Shown: positions 24,719-33,593, counted from the first letter of the stretch. The stretch is 64,000 bases of DNA from Candidatus Sericytochromatia bacterium (GCA_036676495.1 JAKFCT010000001.1:13526-77525); one strand, 5' to 3'. The notes: generated by a model from the sequence alone, not told the origin. Numbers and translations are program-made.

Positions 24719-25630
24719 ATGCAGACGCTCGTGATCGGATCCGCCGGTTTCATCGGCAAGAGCCTGGTCCAGCGGCTCTCGGAAAACGGAATCCCGACGC
24801 GCTGGATGGTCGCTTCCCGGGCCAAGGTCCCGGACCTTCCCGGCGTGGAGGTCGTCGAGGGGGATCTCTACCAGGCCCGGGATCTGGCCCGCGCCATGCG
24901 GGGGGTGACCCACGTGGTCCCGCTGGTCAGCATTCTGCGCGAGCGCCCCGGCCAGGACTTCACGCGCGTGCACGTCGAGAGCACCCGCCGGATCGTCGAC
25001 GAGGCCCGGCGCCACGCCATCTCGAAGATCGTCCTGACCAGCGCCCTCGGGGCGAGCCTTCGGGCGCGCAGCCGCTACTTGAGCAGCAAGGGCGAGGCGG
25101 AACAGCTCGTGAAGGCTTCGGGATTGCCCTACGTGATCCTGCGACCGGCCGTGATCTTCGGGCGGGGCGACGAGTTCACGCGCATGCTCACGGATCTGAT
25201 CCTCTCGACCCCGGTGACCCCGGTGGTCGGGGCCGGCCGCAACCTCTACCAGCCCCTCTATGTCGAGGACTTCACCGAAAGCCTCTATCAAGCCGTCGTC
25301 CGGGACGACGTGGTCAACGACATGATCTGCCTGGCGGGCAGCGATCGCCTCTCGTTCGACGACATGCTCAGGGCCTTGACCCAGGCGCTGGGGACCGATC
25401 GGTTCATTCTTCATTTTCCCGCGCAGGCCGTCGAGTGGCTGCTGCCTTGGGTCTCGCGCGCCATCCCCGATCTTCCCGTCACCCCGGATCAGCTCTTCCT
25501 GCTCACGCACGACCAGACCTGCGACACCACCGAGATGCGGCGCCGCTTCGGCGTCGCGCCCCGGGGCTTTCGCGAGCTGATCGGCAGCTTGATCCGCCCC
25601 CTGCGCGAACCCAGCCTGCCGCGCCGCTGA
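24719..25630 (+). CDS. NAD(P)-binding SDR, complex I NDUFA9-like / epimerase family
   Basis: 303-aa ORF. N-terminal VIGSAGFIGKSLV Rossmann motif and the RPAVIFGRGDEF segment. Confidence 0.8.
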   Translation: MQTLVIGSAGFIGKSLVQRLSENGIPTRWMVASRAKVPDLPGVEVVEGDLYQARDLARAMRGVTHVVPLVSILRERPGQDFTRVHVESTRRIVDEARRHAISKIVLTSALGASLRARSRYLSSKGEAEQLVKASGLPYVILRPAVIFGRGDEFTRMLTDLILSTPVTPVVGAGRNLYQPLYVEDFTESLYQAVVRDDVVNDMICLAGSDRLSFDDMLRALTQALGTDRFILHFPAQAVEWLLPWVSRAIPDLPVTPDQLFLLTHDQTCDTTEMRRRFGVAPRGFRELIGSLIRPLREPSLPRR

Positions 25631-25697
25631 GGGACGCTTGGCGGCGCCCCTCCCGCGCTTCCGCAACCCCCTTGCGAGAATGATTCTCAAAATAGGG

Positions 25698-25703
25698 TAG
25701 AAT
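25698..25703 (+). promoter_or_regulatory. -10-like hexamer TAGAAT upstream of the micro-ORFs and glcDEF
   Basis: GGGTAGAATGGGG lies 30 nt upstream of ATG 25733. The palindrome GAGAAT-G-ATTCTC lies at 25676-25688. The -35 is unclear. Confidence 0.35.
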
Positions 25704-25732
25704 GGGGCTGGATGCGAAAAGGAGGAACGGAC

Positions 25733-25831
25733 ATGACCATCTGCACCCGTTGCCGCCAGGCGATTCTGGCGACGCAGAAATCCACGAAGGGAATCGAGGG
25801 GAACGCGCACCTCGGCTGTCTCCGCAAGTAA
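25733..25831 (+). CDS. Micro-ORF, 32-aa zinc-knuckle-like peptide (CxxC...HxxC)
   Basis: Absent from the ORF track (under 60 aa). AAAGGAGGAACGGAC precedes the ATG. Sequence MTICTRCRQAILATQKSTKGIEGNAHLGCLRK, with GC3-rich codons. Confidence 0.4.
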   Translation: MTICTRCRQAILATQKSTKGIEGNAHLGCLRK

Positions 25832-25960
25832 ATGGATCAGCTGCTCACCGTCCTCATCGGGCTCACCTACGTCATCGGCCCCCTTTCCTTCGCGGCCATG
25901 GTCGTCGTCGGATGGCGCCTGGTCCAGGATTACCAGAAGAACCGGCGTGAACGCCCCTAG
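25832..25960 (+). CDS. Micro-ORF, 42-aa single-TM peptide
   Basis: ATG immediately follows the TAA of the previous micro-ORF. Sequence MDQLLTVLIGLTYVIGPLSFAAMVVVGWRLVQDYQKNRRERP. It overlaps the glcD GTG start by 14 nt, which suggests translational coupling. Confidence 0.4.
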   Translation: MDQLLTVLIGLTYVIGPLSFAAMVVVGWRLVQDYQKNRRERP

Positions 25961-27377
25961 CCTACTCGACGACCTCCGCGACCTCCTCGGCGCCGACGGC
26001 GTCCTCTCCAAGCCGCACGAGCGGCTGGTCTACGACACGGATGCCTTCACCATCGCCCGGGGACGCCCGGACGTCGTGGTCCTTCCTCGGACCCCCGACG
26101 AGGTCGCCGCCGTCGTCCGTCTCGCCAGCAAATACGACCTCCCCCTCATCCCGCGCGGCGCGGGCACCGGCCTCTCGGGCGGCTGTATGGCTCCCCAGGG
26201 CGGCATCATGATTGCCCTCACCCGCATGACGCGCATCCTCGCCCTCGATCCCCTCAACCGCTCCGCCCTGGTCGAAGCCGGCGTCGTCAACCTCACGCTC
26301 AGTCAAGCCGCCAGCCCCCACGCGCTTCACTTCGCCCCCGACCCCTCCAGCCAATCCGCCTGCACCCTCGGAGGCAACGTCGCCGAGAACGCCGGAGGCC
26401 CCCATACCCTCAAGTATGGCGTCACCACCAACCATGTGCTCGGTCTCGAGGTCGTCACCCCCGACGGAGACCTCGTCTGGCTGGGCGGCCCCGCGGAAGA
26501 CGCCCCCGGCTACGACCTCCTGGGCCTCTTCGTCGGCTCGGAGGGCACGCTGGGCATCGTGACCCGCATGCTCCTGCGGCTCACCCCCAACCCTCCCGCG
26601 GTCCGGACCATGCTCGCGGCGTTCGCGACCGTCGAGGACGCCTCCAACGCCGTCTCGAGCTTGATCGCCTCGGGCATCATCCCCGCCGCGCTCGAGATGA
26701 TGGACCAGACCATCGTCGAGGCCGTCGAGGCCGCCTTCGCCTTCGGCTTTCCCCAGGACGCGGGAGCCGTGCTCATCCTCGAGCTCGACGGGCTGGAAGC
26801 CGGCCTCGATACCCAGGCCCAGCGGGCGATCGCCCTCTGCCGCGACGCCGGAGCCCGCGATGTCCGCATCGCCCAGGACGCCGCCGAGCGCGAGCGGCTC
26901 TGGCTCGCCCGCAAGAAAGCCATCGGCGCCGTCGGCCGCCTCGCCCCCTCCAAGGTCACCCAGGACGGCGTGATTCCCCGCACCCAGCTTCCCCGCGTCC
27001 TCTCAAGGATCTCCGAGATCGGCGCGCGCCACGGCCTGCGCATCGCCAACGTCTTCCACGCGGGCGACGGCAACCTCCACCCCGTCGTCCTCTTCGACGA
27101 GCGAGATCCCGAGCAAGTCCAGCGCGTGCTGAAGGCCGGAGGCGAGATCCTCGACGTCTGTCTGGAAGCCGGAGGCTCGCTGAGCGGGGAACATGGCATC
27201 GGCATCGAGAAGCTCGATCACATGGCCCGGATGTTCGCCCCCGAGGACCTCGCGGCCATGCGCCGCGTCCGGGACGCCCTCGACCCCCGGCAGCGGATGA
27301 ACCCCGGCAAGCTCGTCCCGACGCCGGGGGCCTGCTCCGAAAGCCCGCGCCTGGGAGTGCTGGGAGGATCACAGTGA
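25947..27377 (+). CDS. glcD: Glycolate oxidase subunit GlcD (FAD-linked oxidase)
   Basis: 476-aa ORF. FAD-binding PCMH domain (LPLIPRGAGTGLSGG) and C-terminal GEHGIG motif. Confidence 0.85.
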   Translation: MNAPSLLDDLRDLLGADGVLSKPHERLVYDTDAFTIARGRPDVVVLPRTPDEVAAVVRLASKYDLPLIPRGAGTGLSGGCMAPQGGIMIALTRMTRILALDPLNRSALVEAGVVNLTLSQAASPHALHFAPDPSSQSACTLGGNVAENAGGPHTLKYGVTTNHVLGLEVVTPDGDLVWLGGPAEDAPGYDLLGLFVGSEGTLGIVTRMLLRLTPNPPAVRTMLAAFATVEDASNAVSSLIASGIIPAALEMMDQTIVEAVEAAFAFGFPQDAGAVLILELDGLEAGLDTQAQRAIALCRDAGARDVRIAQDAAERERLWLARKKAIGAVGRLAPSKVTQDGVIPRTQLPRVLSRISEIGARHGLRIANVFHAGDGNLHPVVLFDERDPEQVQRVLKAGGEILDVCLEAGGSLSGEHGIGIEKLDHMARMFAPEDLAAMRRVRDALDPRQRMNPGKLVPTPGACSESPRLGVLGGSQ

Positions 27378-28564
27378 CGCGCCCCACCCTATCGAACGGG
27401 ATTCCCCAGGCTCACGTCCTCCCCGAAACCCCCGCCGAGCTCGCCGAAGCGCTCCATGCCGCGGAAAAGGCCGGCGAGAGGCTGATCGTGGCGGGTAAGG
27501 GCCTGCGCCTGGATCAGGGCAACCCGGTCGTGGCCGACCGCATGGTGCTGACCACCCGGCTCGACCGGCTCATCGACTATCAGCCCGACGACATGACCAT
27601 CACCGTCGAGGCCGGCATGACGCTGGCCCAGCTTCAGAGCATCCTGGAAGCGCATGGCCAGAGGCTTGCGCTCGACCCCGCCCATGCCGATCGCACGACC
27701 ATCGGGGGTCTGGTGGCCGCCAACCCGGATGGGCCTTGGCGGGCGGCCTTTGGCACCGTTCGCGACCAGCTCTTGGGCATGACCGTGGCCACCGCGGACG
27801 GGACGCTCTTCAAATCGGGGAGCCGCGTGGTCAAGAGCGTCGCGGGCTACGACCTGCCCAAGCTGTTCACGGGCTCCTACGGCACCCTCGGGGCGATCGC
27901 CCAGGTGTCGTTGCGGGTTCGACCGTTGCCGACGGCGACCGGGGGCGTGCTAGCGCGTTTCGAGGACGTCGCCTCCCTGGAATCCGCGTGGCAGGGGCTG
28001 CGCCAGGCTCCCCTGGAGCCCTGTTTCTTCGAGGTCGGGGCGGATGCCCGCGGGGCCTTTCTCGCGATGGGCTTCGAGGGGGAGCCCGAGGCAGTGAGTT
28101 GGCAGCAAGCGGCCTTCGAGCGGATCGTGCATGCTCCCTGCGAGCGTTCCGACGACTCCCTACGGCACGAGCTCGCCGCGCGCGCGCATGCCGAGCATGC
28201 GCCGCTGCTGGTCAAGGTGGGCCTGCCGCCTGCCGAGGCGATGGGCTTCCTTTGCGACGCCCTCGGGGGCGTGGGGCGAGGCGGCAGCTGGAGCGGACAT
28301 GCGGCCAACGGCATCCTTTACGGCAGTTTCCCGGCTGCCGAGGGCTGGGAAATCCCCGGGGGGCGCGCCATGATTGCCACCTTGAGGGATCTGGCCGCCG
28401 AGCGAAAAGGGTACCTGGTCGTCCTCCGCGCTCCGGACGCCTGGAAGGAAGGTTGGGATGTCTGGGGACCGACGCGGTCGGACTTCCCCTTGATGAAAGC
28501 CTTGAAGCGGGCCTTCGATCCGCAGGGCACCCTCTCGCCAGGCCGCTTCGTCGGAGGGCTCTAG
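27374..28564 (+). CDS. glcE: Glycolate oxidase FAD-binding subunit GlcE
   Basis: 396-aa ORF overlapping the glcD stop by 4 nt. VKSVAGYDLPKLFTGSYGTLG motif. Confidence 0.8.
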   Translation: MTRPTLSNGIPQAHVLPETPAELAEALHAAEKAGERLIVAGKGLRLDQGNPVVADRMVLTTRLDRLIDYQPDDMTITVEAGMTLAQLQSILEAHGQRLALDPAHADRTTIGGLVAANPDGPWRAAFGTVRDQLLGMTVATADGTLFKSGSRVVKSVAGYDLPKLFTGSYGTLGAIAQVSLRVRPLPTATGGVLARFEDVASLESAWQGLRQAPLEPCFFEVGADARGAFLAMGFEGEPEAVSWQQAAFERIVHAPCERSDDSLRHELAARAHAEHAPLLVKVGLPPAEAMGFLCDALGGVGRGGSWSGHAANGILYGSFPAAEGWEIPGGRAMIATLRDLAAERKGYLVVLRAPDAWKEGWDVWGPTRSDFPLMKALKRAFDPQGTLSPGRFVGGL

Positions 28565-28565
28565 C

Positions 28566-29834
28566 ATGATCGACACCCGCGACTGCATCCATTGCGGGCT
28601 CTGCCTCCCGGCATGCCCCACGTACGCCCTGACCGGCTCGGAGGTGGACTCCCCTCGCGGCCGGATCTACCTGATGCGCCACCTGCTCGAAGAGGGGCTT
28701 TCCTCGGAGCCCGACGCTTCACGGGCCGAGCTTTCGGCTCCCCTCGATCGCTGCCTGGGTTGCCGGGCATGCGAAACCGCCTGTCCGTCGGCTGTTCCCT
28801 ATGGGCGCCTGCTCGAGCATGTCCGCTCCGAGGTGCTCCCGCCTCAGGGGAAGCGGGGCTGGAAGGCGCTGCTGGATCATGTGCTGACCCATCCCCGCCG
28901 CCTCCAGGTCGCCACGGCTCCATTGCGGCTGATGCGCCGGGTGGCGCCGGGTCTCGAGCGCGCCTTGCCCGCCGGTCTGCGGCGCCTCGCCGAGCTCACG
29001 CCGGACGCTCCGGCCCTTCCTCCGCTTCCCGAGAGGATTCCAGCCCAGGGGACGCGCAAGGGGGCGATCGCGTTATTGACCGGCTGCGCGATGGAGGCCC
29101 TCTACGGCGAGGTGAACCGCGCCACGGTGCGGGTGCTTACGCGCTCGGGTTACGACGTCCTGGTGCCGCGCTCCCAGGGCTGCTGCGGAGCGCTGCATGC
29201 CCATGACGGGGATGCGGCGCATGCGCGCGCCTTGATGCTGCGAAACGTCGCGGCCTTCCCGGTGGACGAGGTCCTGGCGATCGCCGTCACCTCCGCCGGC
29301 TGCGGGGCCGCCATGAAGGACTACCCGCATCTCTTGCCCTCCGAGCACCCGGACCATGCCCGGGTTGCGGCCTTCTCCGCCAAGGTGAAGGACGTCTCGG
29401 AGGTGCTCGCCATGATCGAGCTGCCGCCCATGACCCATGCGCTCTCCGGCAAGGCCACGTACCACGATGCCTGCCACCTGGCGCATGGCCAGAAGGTTCG
29501 CCGCGAGCCCCGCGACGTCTTGAAACAGGTGCCGGGACTCGACTGGGTCGACCTTCGCCAATCGGACTGGTGCTGCGGCGGCGCCGGCTCTTACGCGCTC
29601 TTGCAGCCCGACATGTCGAAGGCGCTGCTGGAGCGGAAGCTCGAGGCGATCGCCGAGACGGAGGCGCGCATCATCGTGACGGGCAACCCCTCTTGCCTGA
29701 TGCAGATCGGCTCGGGGCTCGCGAGGTTGCCCGGATCCCCCGAACTGCTTCACACCGTCCAGGTCATCGACCGCGCCCTCAACGGCGATCCGCAAAGCGG
29801 CGCACCGCAAAGCAGCAAACCGCGTGGCGACTAA
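28566..29834 (+). CDS. glcF: Glycolate oxidase iron-sulfur subunit GlcF
   Basis: 422-aa ORF. CIHCGLCLPACPTY and CLGCRACETACPS ferredoxin motifs plus two CCG domains (GCCGA, WCCGGAG). Confidence 0.85.
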   Translation: MIDTRDCIHCGLCLPACPTYALTGSEVDSPRGRIYLMRHLLEEGLSSEPDASRAELSAPLDRCLGCRACETACPSAVPYGRLLEHVRSEVLPPQGKRGWKALLDHVLTHPRRLQVATAPLRLMRRVAPGLERALPAGLRRLAELTPDAPALPPLPERIPAQGTRKGAIALLTGCAMEALYGEVNRATVRVLTRSGYDVLVPRSQGCCGALHAHDGDAAHARALMLRNVAAFPVDEVLAIAVTSAGCGAAMKDYPHLLPSEHPDHARVAAFSAKVKDVSEVLAMIELPPMTHALSGKATYHDACHLAHGQKVRREPRDVLKQVPGLDWVDLRQSDWCCGGAGSYALLQPDMSKALLERKLEAIAETEARIIVTGNPSCLMQIGSGLARLPGSPELLHTVQVIDRALNGDPQSGAPQSSKPRGD

Positions 29835-29969
29835 CCGCCACGCGGCGTCCCCACCGCCCGGCGGGTAAAGGGATGTAAGCTTCGGTTAAGCTTCCTGGAA
29901 AAACGCAAGGCGGGACGCGAAGACTCCGATACCGTTAATGGGTCGTTAATTGGAGTCCAGGAGGTCCCG

Positions 29970-30761
29970 ATGGCCATCTCGAACGCAACTTATGCCTCGG
30001 CCGGCCAGGTGCAGCGCCTCCGCTCCAACCGCCCGCTCGACACGGTCTCTCGGGCGATGGGCATCCACGTCCCCACGAGCCTTTCGCCCGCGAAGCTGGC
30101 GAAGGACGTCAAGACCGACGTGGTCGCCTCGATTCCTTTCGACGCCCTCTTCACCAGCCAGGAATACCGCCGTGGCGAGCTCACGGCGAAGGAGTACGTG
30201 GCCAAGACCCTCAGCACCTCGGTCAGCTCGGTCGCCTGGACCGTCGGCGGCGCGATGATGGGTGCGCTCTTGGCACCGGCCGGACTTCCCGCCCTCATGG
30301 TCGGCATCGCCGGGTTCGCCACCGGGCTGGTCGCCACCACGATCTGGGATAGGACGGTCGGCAAGCAAGTCACCGAAGCCATTGAGACGGTCATTCCGGA
30401 AGCTCTGGCCGAGCCGGTGGCCGAGGTCTTCACCAAGGCGATCGCCAACCCCCTTTACGACGCCGTCTGGAAGCCGCTCACCGAAGTCGTGACCCCCGCC
30501 TTCCGCTGGGCCATGCAGAACAAGGTCACGGCAGGAGCCGCTTTGGGCGGTCTGGCACTGCTCTTCCCCAATGCCGCCAAGGCGATCGCCCCCGAGGTCC
30601 TGACGATGGCCGGCGGCATGGCGGCGGGAATCGCGTTCACCGGCAAGGTGATCGACCCCATCCTGCCTCCCGTCGAGGAGCAGGCCGAAGCGCCCGCGAA
30701 GGCCGCCAAGGCCAGCGGCGCCGGCCAGGCCGCAGGCATCCACTTCGCCCGCATCCGCTAA
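29970..30761 (+). CDS. Hypothetical membrane protein with Gly/Ala-rich hydrophobic segments
   Basis: 263-aa ORF with a CAGGAGG RBS. Hydrophobic segments AWTVGGAMMGALLAPAGLPALMVGIAGFATGLVATTIW and AGAALGGLALLF. No family recognised. Confidence 0.6.
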   Translation: MAISNATYASAGQVQRLRSNRPLDTVSRAMGIHVPTSLSPAKLAKDVKTDVVASIPFDALFTSQEYRRGELTAKEYVAKTLSTSVSSVAWTVGGAMMGALLAPAGLPALMVGIAGFATGLVATTIWDRTVGKQVTEAIETVIPEALAEPVAEVFTKAIANPLYDAVWKPLTEVVTPAFRWAMQNKVTAGAALGGLALLFPNAAKAIAPEVLTMAGGMAAGIAFTGKVIDPILPPVEEQAEAPAKAAKASGAGQAAGIHFARIR

Positions 30762-30818
30762 GTATTAAGCAAGGGCATTCCCGGATGCCGAAGCGCGATG
30801 CTTCTCCCCGGGTTTGAA

Positions 30819-31346
30819 TCAGCTACGCTGCCGGTTCGCGTAGGGCAAGACCACCGACGACACCCAGTCCAAGACATCCTGACCAATCTCGGCCGGAGCA
30901 TCCGTCGGGGCCGCGTTGATGCGCAACAGCGGCAAGCCGGCATCCGCGATGGCGGCGCCCTTGAGGTCGGTATTTTCCTTGTCGAGGTAGTCCGTGGGCC
31001 GATCCCCTTCGATGAGGAGCAGGGCCATCGGGACCAGGAAGTCCTGGTCAACGATGACGAAATCGGCCTGCGAGCGGCTCAGGCGGTGCCAACCGGTGGG
31101 GGTAAGGCGGCCGCGCTCGAAGACGTCGGCGAGCCGCATCTTGGGGAAGATCAAGAGGCCCTGTGCGGCCAGAGGTCCGCGGAGGAGCTGGAAGAGCGCA
31201 AAGGGCAGGGGCTCGAGGAACTCGGCCTTGACTTGAAGTTGCGGGTCGAGGTCCGTGACGAAGCCCGCTTCGGGATCCCGGGTCACCAGGAAGCCGAGCA
31301 GCAGGGCCCCCAAGAGGACGATTCCCGCGACGATCCACATCACCAT
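30819..31346 (-). CDS. DUF2726 (restriction-endonuclease-like fold) domain protein with N-terminal TM helix
   Basis: 175-aa ORF. KMRLADVF...SRSQADFVIVDQDFLVPMALLLIEGD...AGLPLLRI follows the DUF2726 pattern. No obvious SD. Confidence 0.65.
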   Translation of the reverse strand: MVMWIVAGIVLLGALLLGFLVTRDPEAGFVTDLDPQLQVKAEFLEPLPFALFQLLRGPLAAQGLLIFPKMRLADVFERGRLTPTGWHRLSRSQADFVIVDQDFLVPMALLLIEGDRPTDYLDKENTDLKGAAIADAGLPLLRINAAPTDAPAEIGQDVLDWVSSVVLPYANRQRS

Positions 31347-31517
31347 TGAGCTAACGTCGTTTCTACAGGACAGCGAGAGTGAACTTTCACCCTAATATGG
31401 TCGGTTTCACGGCTATCTCTCGCTGCCTTTCGAAACAGCCGCGGGCGCTAGGGGACAGTATAGCGCGAGCAGCCGATCCCCGACAGGGCCTGCCGGGGAT
31501 CTCGGCTCATGACGCGC

Positions 31518-32924
31518 TTACTCCAGGGCGCGGATGAAGTCGATCAGGGAGTCGAAGCGGTCGGGCGGGATATTGGGATAGGGCGGCATCGCCACGCCGG
31601 GTTTGATGGCCTGAGGGTTGCGGATCCAGCGCCTCAAGTAGTCCTCGTCCCTTCGGGCGGAGATGCCTGCGAGGTCCGGGCCGAGCTGGCCGCCGGCTCC
31701 CTTGATGGCATGGCAGCTGACGCAGCCTTGTTCCTGGTAGACCGTCCAGCCTGCCTGCTGGGACGGGGTCAGGTTCTCGTAGCCCTTCGGCACGGAGGTC
31801 ATGGCTGTCGGATCCAGGCCTGCCGTGTTGGGTGCATTGGCGCCCTGCACGTTCAGCCAGACGAGGATGGCGAGGAAGACGGTGGCCGGGATGACCGTGT
31901 AGGGGCGGGACAAGGGATGGCGCCGGGGGTTGTGATCGACGAAGGGTAGGATCAACAGCAAGACCCCGATGAGCAGCGGAATGCCTACCACCCCGACAAG
32001 TTCCCAGCTCCCCGGAAAGTACCAGAGGGCCTGGAAGAGCCAGAAGAAGTACCATTCGGGCCGCGGCACGAAGCCGGTGCTGACCGGATCCGCCGGGTCC
32101 CCGAGCTTGGCCGGAAAGAGGATGGCCATCACGACCAGCACGACCACCACGACCAGGCTGACGATGGCATCCTCCATGACGTTATGGTAGAAGGGCTGGC
32201 CCTTCTTCTTGAGGTCCTCGTAGTACTCGAGGTAGGCGCGCTGGGGATCGGGCGCCGTCGCATAGGGCTCCTCGCGGCCGGGCGGGTTGGAGATCCCTTG
32301 CCGGACCACCAGGGCGATGTGAAACGCGATCAACGCGAAGGTCGCCAGCGGCAGCAAGATCACGTGAAACGCGTACCAGCGCGTCAGCGTGTACGATCCG
32401 ACGTCGCGCCCGCCCAGGATCAGCTCGCGGACCTGCTCGCCGATGACCGGCACGACCGCCGACATCTGGCCGAAGAGGACGGTGGTCCAGTAGGCGGTTT
32501 GATCCCAGGGCAGGAGGTAGCCCGTGAAGGCGAACGCCAGGACCAAGAGCAAGAGGAAGGCGCCGGAAAGCCACGTGAGCTCCCGGGGGAACTTGTAGGC
32601 CCCCCAGTAGAAGGTCCGTAGCATGTGCAGCACGACCAGGATCACCATGGCAGAGGCGGCCCAGTGGTGGAGGTTGCGCACGAAGCCGCCGAGGAAGACC
32701 TGGTTCTGGATGTAGGCGACGGACTCGTAGGCCACCTGGGGCGAGGGCTGGTAGTAGATCATCAGCAGCATGCCGGTGACGACCATGAGGATGAAGGTCA
32801 CGGTCGTGGCGCTGCCGAGCGTGTAGGCCCAGTTCACGCCGGGCGGGATGTGCCGGTCGAGGAAGTTATGCGCCATCGTCCGGATGTTGGCCCGGGAGTC
32901 GAGCCAATCGATCAGGTTGCGCAT
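31518..32924 (-). CDS. Cytochrome b (b6 plus subunit IV) fused to a C-terminal monoheme cytochrome c
   Basis: 468-aa ORF. Cytochrome b His ligands, the PEWYF motif, and a C-terminal CVSCH heme c site. Confidence 0.85.
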   Translation of the reverse strand: MRNLIDWLDSRANIRTMAHNFLDRHIPPGVNWAYTLGSATTVTFILMVVTGMLLMIYYQPSPQVAYESVAYIQNQVFLGGFVRNLHHWAASAMVILVVLHMLRTFYWGAYKFPRELTWLSGAFLLLLVLAFAFTGYLLPWDQTAYWTTVLFGQMSAVVPVIGEQVRELILGGRDVGSYTLTRWYAFHVILLPLATFALIAFHIALVVRQGISNPPGREEPYATAPDPQRAYLEYYEDLKKKGQPFYHNVMEDAIVSLVVVVVLVVMAILFPAKLGDPADPVSTGFVPRPEWYFFWLFQALWYFPGSWELVGVVGIPLLIGVLLLILPFVDHNPRRHPLSRPYTVIPATVFLAILVWLNVQGANAPNTAGLDPTAMTSVPKGYENLTPSQQAGWTVYQEQGCVSCHAIKGAGGQLGPDLAGISARRDEDYLRRWIRNPQAIKPGVAMPPYPNIPPDRFDSLIDFIRALE

Positions 32925-32926
32925 GG

Positions 32927-33466
32927 CTAGGCCCCCCGGCCTTGCGCGTCATCTTCCCGATGGCTGGTCGGGCCTTTCCCGGGAGCATGGCCGCCCGGTG
33001 ACTGGCCGATGTAAAGCGTGCCGTTCTCGATCCGCACGGCGTACGTATCGAGACCATGCGGGGGAGGCCCCCCGACCACCGTGCCCTCCTTGGTGAAGGC
33101 GCCGCCATGGCATGGGCAGAGAAAGAGCTCCGCATTGGCGTTCCAGTCGTAGGGGCAGGCCAGGTGGGTGCAGTTCGAATCGTAGACGGAGAATCGGCCG
33201 TCTCCCCAGTTCACGACCCAGGCGCCCTGGCGATAGGGAGGCTCTCCACGGACCGGAATCTCGAAGCCCTCCAGGGTCGGCTTCCCCACCGGGTAGCGAC
33301 TCACCGGGCCCAGCGCGATCCACGGCGGGGTCTGGGGACGCCGGATGAGCGGGGAAAAGAGATACCCGATGATCGGAAGGCCCAGCAGCATGGCGATGAA
33401 GGCACCGATCGCCCCGATGATCCGGTAGATGAAGCTGCGGCGCGAAACAGCGTCCGAATTCGCCAC
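32927..33466 (-). CDS. Rieske [2Fe-2S] subunit of the menaquinol/quinol-cytochrome c reductase
   Basis: 179-aa ORF. Tat-like SRRSFIYR signal, with CTHLACP and CPCHGG cluster motifs. GTG start follows AAGGGAG. Confidence 0.85.
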   Translation of the reverse strand: MANSDAVSRRSFIYRIIGAIGAFIAMLLGLPIIGYLFSPLIRRPQTPPWIALGPVSRYPVGKPTLEGFEIPVRGEPPYRQGAWVVNWGDGRFSVYDSNCTHLACPYDWNANAELFLCPCHGGAFTKEGTVVGGPPPHGLDTYAVRIENGTLYIGQSPGGHAPGKGPTSHREDDAQGRGA

Positions 33467-33565
33467 GACGACGCTCCCTTCTGCATGCCGAACACGGCAC
33501 GACCCTAGCGCCTTTCGGGACGAGAGCCTAGTGGGTCGCCACGGGAGAATTCGTCAGAATGGACC

Positions 33566-33593
33566 GCTAGTAGGTCACGCGCTAGCAGGTCAC
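33566..33593. repeat. 15-nt-period tandem duplication spanning the stop codon of the SDR gene
   Basis: GCTAGTAGGTCAC (33566-33578) and GCTAGCAGGTCAC (33581-33593). The second copy contains the real stop (CTA at 33582-33584). Confidence 0.7.

Noticed and set aside
25702-25950. 82-aa track ORF upstream of glcD.
   Set aside because: The translation is His/Arg/Pro-rich and there is no SD. The alternative frame holds two SD-led, GC3-biased micro-ORFs, which I prefer.
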